DNA of 64,000 nucleotides from the NCBI RefSeq assembly GCF_022846255.1, contig NZ_AP025682.1; one strand, 5' to 3'. Both the position numbers and the translations under genes were made by a program. Under the pieces are notes generated by a model, which was not told the DNA's origin, did not search any database, and worked only from the letters and a program-made list of their open reading frames with translations. Of the stretch, positions 10,292 through 22,293 are shown piece by piece. Origin of the DNA: Escherichia coli. Its GTDB lineage: Bacteria > Pseudomonadota > Gammaproteobacteria > Enterobacterales > Enterobacteriaceae. Every line of letters starts with the position of its first letter. Position 1 is the first letter of the stretch.

Positions 10292-11068
10292 ATGCTGATT
10301 CTTATTTCACCTGCGAAAACGCTTGATTACCAAAGCCCGTTGACCACCACGCGCTATACGCTGCCGGAGCTGTTAGACAACTCCCAGCAGCTGATCCATG
10401 AAGCGCGGAAACTGACGCCCCCGCAGATTAGCTCCCTGATGCGCATCAGCGACAAACTGGCGGGTATCAACGCCGCTCGCTTTCATGACTGGCAGCCAGA
10501 TTTCACACCGGAGAATGCCCGCCAGGCAATTCTGGCGTTTAAAGGTGATGTCTACACTGGCTTGCAGGCCGAAACCTTCAGCGAAGACGATTTCGATTTT
10601 GCCCAACAGCATTTGCGAATGCTTTCCGGCTTGTATGGCGTACTGCGCCCGCTCGATTTAATGCAGCCTTATCGTCTGGAAATGGGGATACGTCTTGAGA
10701 ATGCCCGAGGGAAAGATCTGTATCAATTCTGGGGAGATATCATCAACAACAAGCTGAACGAGGCGCTCGCAGCACAAGGCGATAATGTAGTGATAAATCT
10801 GGCGTCAGATGAGTATTTTAAATCGGTGAAGCCGAAGAAATTGAATGCCGAGATTATCAAACCAGTGTTCCTCGATGAGAAGAACGGCAAATTTAAGATA
10901 ATCAGCTTCTACGCTAAGAAAGCACGCGGTCTGATGAGTCGTTTCATTATTGAAAATCGGCTGACCAAACCAGAGCAACTGACTGGTTTTAATAGCGAAG
11001 GTTACTTCTTTGATGAAGCTTCCTCCAGCAATGGCGAACTGGTGTTTAAACGCTACGAGCAGCGTTAA
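10292..11068 (+). CDS. yaaA: Peroxide stress resistance protein YaaA (UPF0246)
   Basis: 258 aa starting [17 protein letters not shown]. Confidence 0.9.
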   Translation: MLILISPAKTLDYQSPLTTTRYTLPELLDNSQQLIHEARKLTPPQISSLMRISDKLAGINAARFHDWQPDFTPENARQAILAFKGDVYTGLQAETFSEDDFDFAQQHLRMLSGLYGVLRPLDLMQPYRLEMGIRLENARGKDLYQFWGDIINNKLNEALAAQGDNVVINLASDEYFKSVKPKKLNAEIIKPVFLDEKNGKFKIISFYAKKARGLMSRFIIENRLTKPEQLTGFNSEGYFFDEASSSNGELVFKRYEQR

Positions 11069-11107
11069 GTTTGTAGTCAATGCCGGATGGTAATCCGGCA
11101 TTGATAT

Positions 11108-11404
11108 TTAGCGATGATGTTTGTCCGGCTCCGGACGATGATCGCCACGATGATCATTGTGCTTGTTATGGCGCGGCGATGGCGGCGGTCCATATGGGTG
11201 CCAGCGATTGCCTCGCCATTCATAATGTTGTTTCCACCAGCCGTGGTCGCGCCAGTGACCGCCATCCCAGTAATAGCCACGATTATCACGATCGCCTATC
11301 TGTAATTTTACTGACGGGACTAGCGTAATTTCCGCAGCCTGCGCTGCCATGGGAGCGACCAGAACCAGGGAAAGTGCGAGTACGATAGATTGCATCTTTT
11401 TCAC
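11108..11404 (-). CDS. yaaX: DUF2502 family secreted protein YaaX
   Basis: 98 aa with signal peptide and a His/Arg/Trp-rich C-terminal half; between yaaA and thrC as in K-12. Confidence 0.8.
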   Translation of the reverse strand: MKKMQSIVLALSLVLVAPMAAQAAEITLVPSVKLQIGDRDNRGYYWDGGHWRDHGWWKQHYEWRGNRWHPYGPPPSPRHNKHNDHRGDHRPEPDKHHR

Positions 11405-11617
11405 AGGTTACTCCTTTTATCATTGCCCGTTATGGGTCGATATCCGGAGATTACGCGATGAGAACGGCAGTTGTTATTCTCCGCAATCCTAATCTCTAAG
11501 TTACCGCATTTATTGAGAATTTCTCCTTTTTCCCTGTCGTTTTTCTCCATATTTTCTTCATAAAAAAGCCGGGCTGCATAAAAGCAAACCCGGCCTGATT
11601 GAGATAATGAATAGACG

Positions 11618-12904
11618 TTACTGATGATTCATCATCAATTTACGCAACGCAGCAAAATCGGCGGGCAGGTTATGCGAAAGCAAGGGTAAATCAGCACGTT
11701 CTGCCAGCTCTTTTGGCAGATCCAACGTTTCACCGAGAATCGCTTCCACGCTCTCTTTAAATTTCGCCGGATGCGCGGTGCCGAGGAACAAGCCATATTC
11801 GCCTGGATTCAACTGGTCACGCAGCGCACGATAAGCTACGGCAGCGTGCGGCTCCGAGGTATAGCCCAGTTCTTTTAACTCACGCATTGTCTGTTGCGTG
11901 GTTTCATCATCCACGGCTGCATACCCCAGCTCTTTCAGTTGCCAGATTTTGCGGCGGAACAACTCTTCCACACGCGGCCAGTTGTTTGGCTGGCTAACAT
12001 CCATCGCATTGGATAACGTCGCCTGAGTCGCTTTGGGTGACCACTGACCGTCGTGCAGGAAACGTGGTACGGTATCGTTCACGTTGGTCGCAGCAATAAA
12101 ACGTTTTACCGGCAGACCGAGTGACTTCGCCAGCAGACCTGCCGTTAAATCACCGAAGTTTCCACTCGGTACCGAGACAACCAACTGGTTACGTGCTTCT
12201 TGCGGCAACTGTGCGACAGCCTCAAAGTAATAACAAATCTGCGCCAGCAAGCGACTGATGTTGATGGAGTTAGCAGAATTCAGCCCCAGCGCCACTTTCA
12301 GTTCTTCATCATCAAACGCCTGCTTCACCAGCGCCTGACAGGCATCGAAATCGCCGTCGATGGCAACAGTTTCGATATTGCCGCCCAATGTACAGAACAG
12401 TTTTTCTTGCAGTGGACTGATTTTGCCTCGTGGATAGAGGATAACCACTTTCACATTCGGTAAACCGTAGAAAGCATGAGCCACTGCCGCTCCAGTATCA
12501 CCAGATGTCGCGGTCAGAATGGTCACTGGCTTATCGCCCGCAATATGGGTCAGCATTTGTGCCATAAAGCGACCGCCGAAATCTTTAAATGCCAGCGTTG
12601 GCCCGTGAAACAACTCCAGACAACCGACATCGCTTTCAACATTGGCGACCGGAGCCGGGAAGGCAAACGCCGCGCGTACGCGCTCTTCCAGGATTTCCTG
12701 CGGGATTTCATCACCAATAAACGCCGAGAGGATCTTCGCACTGCGGGTGACAAAATCCAGCTTCAGCATCTCATCAATTTCAGTCAGGCTGAATTCCGGC
12801 AGGTCGTGCGGGAAAAACAGCCCCTGATTTTTGCCCAACCCCTGGGTTACGGCTTGCGCAAAGCTGACCTGCTCATTGTGATCTTTCAGATTGTAGAGTT
12901 TCAT
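11618..12904 (-). CDS. thrC: Threonine synthase
   Basis: 428 aa starting MKLYNLKDHNEQVSFAQAV; last gene of the thrLABC operon. Confidence 0.97.
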   Translation of the reverse strand: MKLYNLKDHNEQVSFAQAVTQGLGKNQGLFFPHDLPEFSLTEIDEMLKLDFVTRSAKILSAFIGDEIPQEILEERVRAAFAFPAPVANVESDVGCLELFHGPTLAFKDFGGRFMAQMLTHIAGDKPVTILTATSGDTGAAVAHAFYGLPNVKVVILYPRGKISPLQEKLFCTLGGNIETVAIDGDFDACQALVKQAFDDEELKVALGLNSANSINISRLLAQICYYFEAVAQLPQEARNQLVVSVPSGNFGDLTAGLLAKSLGLPVKRFIAATNVNDTVPRFLHDGQWSPKATQATLSNAMDVSQPNNWPRVEELFRRKIWQLKELGYAAVDDETTQQTMRELKELGYTSEPHAAVAYRALRDQLNPGEYGLFLGTAHPAKFKESVEAILGETLDLPKELAERADLPLLSHNLPADFAALRKLMMNHQ

Positions 12905-13837
12905 TTAGTTTTCCAGTACTCGTGCGCCCGCCGTATCCAGCCGGCAAATATGAACAAAACCTTCCTGATTTTGCAGGTAGTTCTTACCCAACCAGTCGGC
13001 AACGCGCTGGGCGGTATCCGGCTTGTCACACAGAGCGAACAAAGTCGGGCCGGAGCCGGAGATACCGCTCGCTACCGCGCCGATTTCCGCAACCGCCTGC
13101 CGCGCCTGCCGGAAGCCTGGCAGTAACCGTTCACGGTAGGGTTCAGCGATAACATCTTTCATCAGCTTCGCGGCAAGCTCAGGCTGACGGGAATAGCAGG
13201 CGTGAATGAAGCCTGCCAGATGTCGCCCGTGCGCAATGCAATCCTGGCGGCGATACTGCGCCGGTAAAATAGCCCTGGCTTCTGCCGTCGAGACTTTAAT
13301 CCCCGGATACGCCAGCACCCACAGCCACTCATCAAACCCTGGCACTTGCTGACTGATGATGTCGTTTTCTTCAATCATCAACTGCATACCACCAAGAAAA
13401 CACGGTGCCACGTTGTCGTAATGAATGCTGCCGGAGATACGCCCTTCCAACTCGCCCATCAAAGCCAGCAAACGAGTGTCATTAAGCGGCTTGCCGCAGT
13501 GTTCATTCATCGCCATCAGCGCCGCGACCACTGAACAGGCGCTGGAGCCTAAGCCCGAACCGATCGGCATATTCTTTTCCAGAGTCATCGCCACTGGAAT
13601 TTGCTTGCCAAGCTCCTGGCAAAAACGCTCCCAGCACTGATAAACGATATTTTCCCGTGGCTCTGACGGCAGCTTATCGGCAAAGCGTCCGAGGTTGTTG
13701 AGACTGAATGTCTCTGCCGCCTCAACCGTGACTACATCTCCGAGCAATGCACCATCAACAGGTGTCACCGCCGCCCCGAGCACATCAAACCCGACGCTCA
13801 TATTGGCACTGGAAGCCGGGGCATAAACTTTAACCAT
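12905..13837 (-). CDS. thrB: Homoserine kinase
   Basis: 310 aa starting [21 protein letters not shown] (GHMP kinase). Confidence 0.97.
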
Positions 13838-13838
13838 G

Positions 13839-16301
13839 TCAGACTCCTAACTTCCATGAGAGGGTACGTAGCAGATCAGCAAAGACACCGGCAGCTGTAA
13901 CGTCATTGCCCGCACCATATCCGCGCAGTACCAACGGCAGCGGCTGATAATAGTGGCTATAGAAGGCCAGGGCGTTTTCGCCATTTTTCACTTTGAACAG
14001 CGGATCATTACCATCCACTTCGGCAATCTTCACGCGGCAGACGCCATCTTCATCAATATTGCCAACATAGCGCAAAACTTTTCCTTCATCACGGGCCTTC
14101 GCCACACGCGCGGCAAAGAGATCGTCGAGCTGTGACAGATTCGCCATAAAAGCGGCGACATCACCCTCGGCGTTAAACTCTGCGGGCAGCACAGGTTCAA
14201 TTTCAATATCCGCCAGCTCCAGTTCACGTCCCGTTTCACGAGCGAGAATCAATAGCTTACGCGCCACATCCATACCAGAAAGATCATCTCGCGGGTCCGG
14301 TTCGGTATAACCCATTTCCCGCGCCAGTGTGGTCGCCTCGGAGAAACTCATGCCTTCGTCTAACTTGCCGAAGATATAAGAAAGCGAACCTGAAAGAATG
14401 CCGGAGAACTTCACCAATTCATCACCTGCATTTAACAGATTTTGCAGGTTCTCAATAACCGGTAATCCAGCCCCAACGTTGGTGTCATAGAGGAATTTAC
14501 GCCGCGATTTTTCCGCCGCATGACGCAACAGATGGTAGTAATCCATCGACGAGGTGTTAGCCTTTTTGTTCGGCGTGACGACGTGGAAACCTTCGCGCAG
14601 GAAGTCAGCATACTGATCCGCCACTGCCTGGCTGGAAGTGCAGTCAACAATGACCGGGTTCAGCAGATGATATTCTTTCACGAGGCGAATTAAGCGCCCG
14701 AGATTAAACGGCTCTTTGGCTTGCGCCAGTTCTTCCTGCCAGTTTTCCAGATTAAGGCCATGTACATTGGTGAGCAGAGCCTTCGAGTTGGCAACACCGC
14801 AGACACGTAAGTCGATATGTTTATTCTTCAGCCAGCTTTGCTGACGCTTCAGTTGCTCCAGCAGCGCACCGCCAACGCCACCGACGCCAATCACAAACAC
14901 TTCGATAACCTGATCGGTATTGAACAGCATCTGATGAGTAACGCGCACGCCAGTGGTCGCATCATCGTTATTTACCACGACAGAGATTGAGCGTTCAGAA
15001 GATCCCTGAGCAATGGCGACAATGTTGATATTGGCGCGGGCCAGTGCGGCAAAGAATTTCGCCGAGATCCCACGCAAGGTGCGCATACCATCACCTACCA
15101 CCGAGATAATGGCCAGCCGTTCCGTCACTGCCAGCGGCTCCAGTAAGCCTTCTTTCAGTTCCAGGTAGAACTCTTCCTGCATTGCCCGTTCAGCTCGCAC
15201 ACAGTCGCTTTGTGGAACGCAGAAACTGATGCTGTATTCGGAAGATGATTGCGTAATCAGCACCACGGAAATACGGGCGCGTGACATCGCTGCAAAGACG
15301 CGCGCCGCCATGCCAACCATCCCTTTCATCCCCGGGCCGGAAACGCTGAACATTGCCATGTTATTCAGATTGGAAATGCCCTTGACCGGTAATTCGTCTT
15401 CATCACGGCTGGCACCAATGAGCGTACCTGGTGCTTGAGGATTTCCGGTATTTTTAATCAGGCAAGGGATCTGGAACTGGGCGATGGGGGTAATGGTGCG
15501 GGGGTGAAGAACTTTAGCGCCGAAATAGGAAAGCTCCATCGCTTCCTGGTAGGACATCGACTTCAACAACCTCGCATCGGGCACCTGACGCGGGTCGCAG
15601 GTATAGACCCCGTCAACGTCCGTCCAAATCTCGCAACAATCGGCGCGTAAACAGGCAGCCAGCACCGCCGCGGAGTAGTCGGAACCGTTGCGTCCAAGCA
15701 CCACCAGTTCGCCTTTTTCATTACCGGCGGTGAAACCTGCCATCAGCACCATGTGATCAGCCGGAATACGACTTGCCGCGATACGGCGAGTGGACTCAGC
15801 AATATCGACGGTAGATTCGAGGTAATGCCCCACTGCCAGCAGTTTTTCGACCGGATCGATAACGGTAACGTTGTGACCACGCGCTTCTAACACGCCGGCC
15901 ATAATGGCGATCGACATTTTCTCGCCACGGCAAATCAGCGCAGCGTTGATGCTATCCGGGCACTGCCCCAACAAACTGATGCCATGCAGGACATGTTTTA
16001 TTTGGGCAAATTCCTGGTCGACGAAAGTTTTCAATTGTGCCAGCGGAAATCCCGGCTGGGCGGCGGCGAGTCCCGTCAGAAGTTCGGCAAAAATACGTTC
16101 GGCATCGCTGATATTGGGTAAAGCATCCTGGCCGCTAATGGTTTTTTCAATCATCGCTACCAGATGGTTGGTGATTTTGGCGGGGGCAGAGAGGACGGTG
16201 GCCACCTGCCCCTGCCTGGCATTGCTTTCCAGAATATCGGCAACCCGCAGAAAACGTTCTGCATTTGCCACTGATGTACCGCCGAACTTCAACACTCGCA
16301 T
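13839..16301 (-). CDS. thrA: Bifunctional aspartokinase I / homoserine dehydrogenase I
   Basis: 820 aa starting [20 protein letters not shown]; ORF-track start trimmed to this Met. Confidence 0.97.
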
Positions 16302-16327
16302 GGTTGTTACCTCGTTACCTTTGGTCG

Positions 16328-16363
16328 AAAAAAAAGCCCGCACTGTCAGGTGCGGGCTTTTTT
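16328..16363 (-). terminator. thr operon attenuator (rho-independent terminator between thrL and thrA)
   Basis: Minus strand reads AAAAAAGCCCGCACCTGACAGTGCGGGC followed by a U-tract, immediately downstream of the thrL stop. Confidence 0.85.
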
Positions 16364-16381
16364 CTGTGTTTCCTGTACGCG

Positions 16382-16450
<69 letters not shown>

Positions 16451-16660
16451 TGTTGTGTACTCTGTAATTTTTATCTGTCTGTGCGCTATGCCTATATTGG
16501 TTAAAGTATTTAGTGACCTAAGTCAATAAAATTTTAATTTACTCACGGCAGGTAACCAGTTCAGAAGCTGCTATCAGACACTCTTTTTTTAATCCACACA
16601 GAGACATATTGCCCGTTGCAGTCAGAATGAAAAGCTGAAAATCACTTACTAAGGCGTTTT

Positions 16661-17347
16661 TTATTTGGTGATATTTTTTTCAATATCATGCAGCAAACGG
16701 TGCAACATTGCCGTGTCTCGTTGCTCTAAAAGCCCCAGGCGTTGTTGTAACCAGTCGACCAGTTTTATGTCATCTGCCACTGCCAGAGTCGTCAGCAATG
16801 TCATGGCTCGTTCGCGTAAAGCTTGCAGTTGATGTTGGTCTGCCGTTGTGTCACTTTTCGCCGGTTGTTGTATTAATGTTGCTAATTGATAGCAATAGAC
16901 CATCACTGCCTGCCCCAGATTGAGCGAAGGATAATCCGCCACCATCGGCACACCAGTAAGAACGTCAGCCAACGCTAACTCTTCGTTAGTCAGCCCGGAA
17001 TCTTCGCGACCAAACACCAGAGCGGCATGGCTCATCCATGAAGATTTTTCCTCTAACAGCGGCACCAGTTCTACTGGCGTAGCGTAGTAATGATATTTCG
17101 CCCGACTGCGCGCAGTGGTGGCAACAGTGAAATCGACATCGTGTAACGATTCAGCTAGTGTCTTGAAAACTTTAATATTATCAATAATATCACCAGATCC
17201 ATGTGCGACCCAGCGGGTGGCTGGCTCCAGGTGTGCCTGACTATCAACAATCCGCAGTTCGCTAAAACCCATCGTTTTCATTGCCCGCGCCGCTGCCCCA
17301 ATATTTTCTGCTCTGGCGGGTGCAACCAGAATAATCGTTATACGCAT
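16661..17347 (-). CDS. lasT: SpoU-family tRNA/rRNA methyltransferase LasT (YjtD)
   Basis: 228 aa starting MRITIILVAPARAENIGAAARA; ORF-track start trimmed. Confidence 0.85.
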   Translation of the reverse strand: MRITIILVAPARAENIGAAARAMKTMGFSELRIVDSQAHLEPATRWVAHGSGDIIDNIKVFKTLAESLHDVDFTVATTARSRAKYHYYATPVELVPLLEEKSSWMSHAALVFGREDSGLTNEELALADVLTGVPMVADYPSLNLGQAVMVYCYQLATLIQQPAKSDTTADQHQLQALRERAMTLLTTLAVADDIKLVDWLQQRLGLLEQRDTAMLHRLLHDIEKNITK

Positions 17348-17746
17348 ATTGCCACTCTTCTTGACCAAATAACCGCGAACAGGGTGATCATTGTCAACTT
17401 ATTACGCGTTGCGAATTTACAAATTCTTAACGTAAGTCGCAGGAAAAGCCCTTTGCTTAGCTTAAAAAAAGCTAAACTATTTCCTGACTGTACTAACGAT
17501 TGAATTGTTAAAAAATGCTACATATCCTTCTGTTTACTTAGGATAATTTTATAAAAAATAAATCTCGATAATTGGATTCACCACGTTTATTAGTTGTATG
17601 AAGCAACTAGTTGGATTATTAAAATAATGTGACGAAAGCTAGCATTTAGATACGATCATTTCATCAAACTGTTAACGTGCTACAATTGAACTTGATATAT
17701 GTCAACGAAGCGTAGTTTTATTGGGTGTCCTGCCCCTCTTAGCCTG

Positions 17747-17887
17747 TTATATTGCTGTTAAAATGGTTAGGATGACAGCCGTTTTTGACACTGTCGGGTC
17801 CTGAGGGAAAGTACCCACGACCAAGCTAATGATGTTGTTGACGTTGATGGAAAGTGCATCAAGAACGCAATTACGTACTTTAGTCAT
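17747..17887 (-). CDS. yjjY: Small protein YjjY (46 aa)
   Basis: Minus-strand ORF MTKVRNCVLDALSINVNNIISLVVGTFPQDPTVSKTAVILTILTAI in the arcA upstream region; below the ORF-track cutoff and translated by hand. Confidence 0.6.
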   Translation of the reverse strand: MTKVRNCVLDALSINVNNIISLVVGTFPQDPTVSKTAVILTILTAI

Positions 17888-17982
17888 GTTACGCCGATCA
17901 TGTTAATTTGCAGCATGCATCAGGCAGGTCAGGGACTTTTGTACTTCCTGTTTCGATTTAGTTGGCAATTTAGGTAGCAAAC

Positions 17983-18699
17983 ATGCAGACCCCGCACATT
18001 CTTATCGTTGAAGACGAGTTGGTAACACGCAACACGTTGAAAAGTATTTTCGAAGCGGAAGGCTATGATGTTTTCGAAGCGACAGATGGCGCGGAAATGC
18101 ATCAGATCCTCTCTGAATATGACATCAACCTGGTGATCATGGATATCAATCTGCCGGGTAAAAACGGTCTTCTGTTAGCGCGTGAACTGCGCGAGCAGGC
18201 GAATGTTGCGTTGATGTTCCTGACTGGCCGTGACAACGAAGTCGATAAAATTCTCGGCCTCGAAATCGGTGCAGATGACTACATCACCAAACCGTTCAAC
18301 CCGCGTGAACTGACTATTCGTGCACGCAACCTGCTGTCCCGTACCATGAATCTGGGTACTGTCAGCGAAGAACGTCGTAGCGTTGAAAGCTACAAGTTCA
18401 ATGGTTGGGAACTGGACATCAACAGCCGTTCTTTGATCGGCCCTGATGGCGAGCAGTACAAGCTGCCGCGCAGTGAGTTCCGCGCCATGCTTCACTTCTG
18501 TGAAAACCCAGGCAAAATTCAGTCCCGTGCTGAACTGCTGAAGAAAATGACCGGCCGTGAGCTGAAACCGCACGACCGTACTGTAGACGTGACGATCCGC
18601 CGTATTCGTAAACATTTCGAATCTACGCCGGATACGCCGGAAATCATCGCCACCATTCACGGTGAAGGTTATCGCTTCTGCGGTGATCTGGAAGATTAA
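17983..18699 (+). CDS. arcA: Aerobic respiration control response regulator ArcA
   Basis: 238 aa starting [21 protein letters not shown]; OmpR-family receiver plus winged-helix domain. Confidence 0.97.
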
Positions 18700-18716
18700 T
18701 CGGCTTTACCACCGTC

Positions 18717-18752
18717 AAAAAAACGGCGCTTTTTAGCGCCGTTTTTATTTTT
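18717..18752. terminator. Bidirectional intrinsic terminator between convergent arcA and creD
   Basis: aaaaacggcgctttttagcgccgtttttatttttc: GC stem with A-run upstream and T-run downstream. Confidence 0.85.
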
Positions 18753-18757
18753 CAACC

Positions 18758-20110
18758 TTATTTCCAGATACGTAATTCATCGTCCGTTGTAACTTCTTTA
18801 CTGGCTTTCATTTTCGGCAGTGAAAACGCATACCAGTCGATATTACGGGTCACAAACATCATGCCGGCCAGCGCCACCACCAGCACACTGGTTCCCAACA
18901 ACAGCGCGCTATCGGCAGAGTTGAGCAGTCCCCACATCACACCATCCAGCAACAACAGCGCGAGGGTAAACAACATGCTATTACGCCAGCCTTTCAATAC
19001 CGCCTGCAAATAAATACCGTTCATTAACGCCCCAATCAGACTGGCGATTATCCATGCCACAGTAAAACCGGTATGTTCAGAAAGCGCCAGCAAGAGCAAA
19101 TAAAACATCACCAATGACAGCCCCACCAGCAAATATTGCATTGGGTGTAAACGTTGCGCGGTGAGCGTTTCAAAAACAAAGAATGCCATAAAAGTCAGCG
19201 CAATCAGCAGAATGGCGTACTTAGTCGCCCGGTCCGTTAATTGGTATTGATCGGCTGGCGTCGTCACTGCGACGCTAAACGCGGGGAAGTTTTCCCAGCC
19301 GGTATCATTGCCTGAAGCAAAACGCTCACCGAGATTATTAGCAAACCAGCTACTTTGCCATTGCGCCTGAAAACCTGACTCGCTAACTTCCCGTTTGGCT
19401 GGTAGAAAATCACCTAAAAAACTGGGATGCGGCCAGTTGCTGGTTAAGGTCATTTCGCTATAACGCCCGCCAGGCACCACAGAAAGATCGCCGGTACCGC
19501 TTAAATTCAGCGCCACATTCAGCTTCAGGTTCTGCTTGCGCCAGTCCCCTTCGGGTAAAGGGATATGCACGCCCTGCCCGCCTTGCTCTAACCCGGTGCC
19601 GGGTTCAATGGTCAGCGCCGTACCGTTAACTTCAGGCGCTTTCACCACACCAATACCACGCGCATCCCCGACGCTAATCACAATAAATGGCTTGCCTAAG
19701 GTGATATTTGGCGCGTCGAGTTCGCTAAGACGCGAAACATCGAAATCGGCTTTTAGCGTTAAATCACTGTGCCAGACCTGACCGGTATAGATGCCTATCT
19801 TGCGTTCTTCCACGTTCTGATTGCCATCAACCATCAATGACTCAGGTAACCAAAAATGAATAAAACTTCTTTTCCGCTCCACGGTTTTATCGTCTTCCTG
19901 CACCGTATAAAGCTCGGTCACAGGAATAGCGATGAGCGGCCCAACGAGTTTTTGCGGCCCGCTGGTACTTTGGCGAATCACATCTTCCACATCGCTACGG
20001 TAATCGGCACGTTCGACAATCACCTGCCGAATCAGCATTATCGGAATCAACAACAGCAATACTGCACCAAACAAGGTGGTCATTTTCCAGAACAGGGGGG
20101 ATTTCAACAT
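18758..20110 (-). CDS. creD: Inner membrane protein CreD
   Basis: 450 aa membrane protein downstream of creC. Confidence 0.9.
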   Translation of the reverse strand: MLKSPLFWKMTTLFGAVLLLLIPIMLIRQVIVERADYRSDVEDVIRQSTSGPQKLVGPLIAIPVTELYTVQEDDKTVERKRSFIHFWLPESLMVDGNQNVEERKIGIYTGQVWHSDLTLKADFDVSRLSELDAPNITLGKPFIVISVGDARGIGVVKAPEVNGTALTIEPGTGLEQGGQGVHIPLPEGDWRKQNLKLNVALNLSGTGDLSVVPGGRYSEMTLTSNWPHPSFLGDFLPAKREVSESGFQAQWQSSWFANNLGERFASGNDTGWENFPAFSVAVTTPADQYQLTDRATKYAILLIALTFMAFFVFETLTAQRLHPMQYLLVGLSLVMFYLLLLALSEHTGFTVAWIIASLIGALMNGIYLQAVLKGWRNSMLFTLALLLLDGVMWGLLNSADSALLLGTSVLVVALAGMMFVTRNIDWYAFSLPKMKASKEVTTDDELRIWK

Positions 20111-20167
20111 AGTCTTCTCCTTTGCAATGACAGCAGGATACGAAGGCTATGTGGGAAGAATTTGAAG

Positions 20168-21592
20168 CTATGTGAAGTGACGGTGAAGTCGAAGCGAGGC
20201 CAGCACGCCACCTTCCTGCACGTTGCGCAGCGTGACTTCGCCGTTAAACAAACGGGCGACCTCACTGACAAACGCCAACCCCAAACCGCTGCTTTTTTGC
20301 CCATTTGCACGCGGCAAAGAGTAAAAGCGTTCAAAAATACGTGACAGCGCGTAGTCAGGAATCCCACTACCGGTATCCAGCACCTTAAGGGTGACGTATT
20401 CCTGATCCACTTCGGCGCTTAGCGTTATGCAACCGCTCTCGGGAGTAAAATCGATGGCGTTATCCAGTAAATTCCCCAGCGCCTGCTCCAGTAACGCCGG
20501 TTCAGAAGCAACGTTAACCTCAGTAGGCATAACATGCAAAGTGATGTTTTTTTCTGCCAACTGCACGGTGCGCGCTTCGCTGACGCGGCGAAATAATGCC
20601 GCCACATCAACAGCAGTCAGAACGACTTCCTGACGATTCTCCAGTCTTGCCTGGCGTAGTAACGTTTCCACCAGTGCCTGCATTCGCGCATTTTGCGTCA
20701 GAATGTTGTCGGTAAAACGAGCCACCACTTCCGGCGGCGGACCTTCGCGTAAAATTTCCGCCGCGCCACGAATCGCCGCCAGTGGGCTTTTTAGCTCATG
20801 AGTTAATGCGTAAACATACTGCTCAATATAGTTTTTCCCTTCCAGCTTCACGCGCATACTTTCCAGCGCCTGCGCAAGCTTACGCAGCTCGCTACTACCG
20901 AGATCGGGGAGAGGAACGGGCTTATTGTCAGTGACGGAATCAGCATAGCGAGTGAGCCGGGCAATGGAGCGGTTGATCCACCAAACCATGCCTGCGCCAA
21001 TCACCAGTGCAATCCCCAACAAAATGGCGCTGGCCCATAAAATTCGCCGCTCGCTGCGCTTAATGACCGGAGCCATCGCCGCGTTCGGTTTGCCTACGCT
21101 CAAAACGCCAATAAGCCGCGAGCCGTCCATAATCGGCGCAGCAACATACATCACAGAACTTTCGGGATCGGCAGGATTTTGCAACGTGCTGCGCGCACCA
21201 TACTGACCACGCAACGTTAGCCAGACGTCATTCCAGCGCGAATAATCCTGTCCAACGGCTTTATTTGCCGAATCGAACAATACTTTGCCCTGCGCATCGG
21301 TCATATAGACATGATATTCATTGCGCACTTTGTTAATGCCACCGATATTGGCGCGAAACGGGCGATGTTGTAGCTGATTAAACGCCTGCGCCAGTTGCCC
21401 ATGCGTTGGGTCCCCAGAGAGCAAATCGGGACGCGCCAGCTCCGCCAGCAACGTTGCGGTGTCGATCAACGTCCCCTCCGTTGCTCTTCGCACGCCCGGT
21501 TTAACTTCTTTGACAAAAATGGCCAGTACGAACCAGGCTGCCACCGCCACCAGTAAAAAATAGCCCAGCAACAACCGCATGCCGATACGCAT
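20168..21592 (-). CDS. creC: Sensor histidine kinase CreC
   Basis: 474 aa with two TM segments and an HisKA/HATPase region (HELKSPLAAIRGAAE). Confidence 0.95.
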   Translation of the reverse strand: MRIGMRLLLGYFLLVAVAAWFVLAIFVKEVKPGVRRATEGTLIDTATLLAELARPDLLSGDPTHGQLAQAFNQLQHRPFRANIGGINKVRNEYHVYMTDAQGKVLFDSANKAVGQDYSRWNDVWLTLRGQYGARSTLQNPADPESSVMYVAAPIMDGSRLIGVLSVGKPNAAMAPVIKRSERRILWASAILLGIALVIGAGMVWWINRSIARLTRYADSVTDNKPVPLPDLGSSELRKLAQALESMRVKLEGKNYIEQYVYALTHELKSPLAAIRGAAEILREGPPPEVVARFTDNILTQNARMQALVETLLRQARLENRQEVVLTAVDVAALFRRVSEARTVQLAEKNITLHVMPTEVNVASEPALLEQALGNLLDNAIDFTPESGCITLSAEVDQEYVTLKVLDTGSGIPDYALSRIFERFYSLPRANGQKSSGLGLAFVSEVARLFNGEVTLRNVQEGGVLASLRLHRHFT

Positions 21593-22281
21593 TACAGGCC
21601 CCTCAGGCTATATCCCATGCCGCGATGAGTATTAATCGGTGAAAGATCGGGGTTGATGGCGCGCAGCTTGGCACGCAGCGTTTTAATGTGGGTATCGACG
21701 GTGCGATCGTAGGTGTCCTGCGCATCTTCCCATACGCTATCCATCAGTTGCTGGCGGGACCAGACGCGGCCCGGTGACTTGAGTAACGTCTTCAACAATA
21801 AAAACTCATACCGCGTCAGCGCTAATGGCGTGTCAAACCAGCTGATCTGCGCCGCGGGTTCATTCAATTCAAAATGTCCAATACGGATGACGGGAGACGG
21901 CGTCGAGAACTTCTTCACCCGACGCAGTAAGGTGCGCACTCTGGCGCACACTTCGCGAGGTGAAAACGGTTTAGCCACGTAGTCGTCAGCGCCAATTTCC
22001 AGCCCAAGCAGGCGATCGACCTCTTCACTTCGGGCCGTCAGGAACAGTACAGGTAACGCCGGATGGAGCGCCAGTAACTGGCGGCACAATTCAAAGCCGC
22101 TGATATCAGGCAAACCAACATCGAGAATCATGACATCGGGAACCTGCTGGCGAGCTTTATCCAGCACTGGCAAGCCTCGCTCAAAGACCTCGACGTCAAA
22201 ACCTTCCTGTTGCAACATGTAGACCAGCGTATCGGCTATCCCTTGCTCGTCTTCGACTAACCAGACCGTTTCCCGTTGCAT
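21592..22281 (-). CDS. creB: Response regulator CreB
   Basis: 229 aa OmpR-family regulator; its stop overlaps the creC start by 1 nt. Confidence 0.95.
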   Translation of the reverse strand: MQRETVWLVEDEQGIADTLVYMLQQEGFDVEVFERGLPVLDKARQQVPDVMILDVGLPDISGFELCRQLLALHPALPVLFLTARSEEVDRLLGLEIGADDYVAKPFSPREVCARVRTLLRRVKKFSTPSPVIRIGHFELNEPAAQISWFDTPLALTRYEFLLLKTLLKSPGRVWSRQQLMDSVWEDAQDTYDRTVDTHIKTLRAKLRAINPDLSPINTHRGMGYSLRGL

Positions 22282-22293
22282 AAATCGCCTCTG

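Noticed and set aside
12476-13126. 216-aa plus-strand ORF across the thrC-thrB junction
   Set aside because: Antisense to two well-identified, tightly packed operon genes; no RBS context or domain signal. Shadow ORF.
16328-16363. thr attenuator U-tract appears one nucleotide shorter than I remember for K-12
   Set aside because: The comparison rests only on my memory of the K-12 sequence and concerns a homopolymer run, which is prone to sequencing and recall error. Not reportable without an actual alignment.
17348-17982. Long AT-rich region upstream of arcA, examined for an additional gene or mobile element
   Set aside because: Only the 46-aa yjjY ORF is supported; no repeats, integrase or transposase signatures. 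It is consistent with the known extended arcA promoter region.
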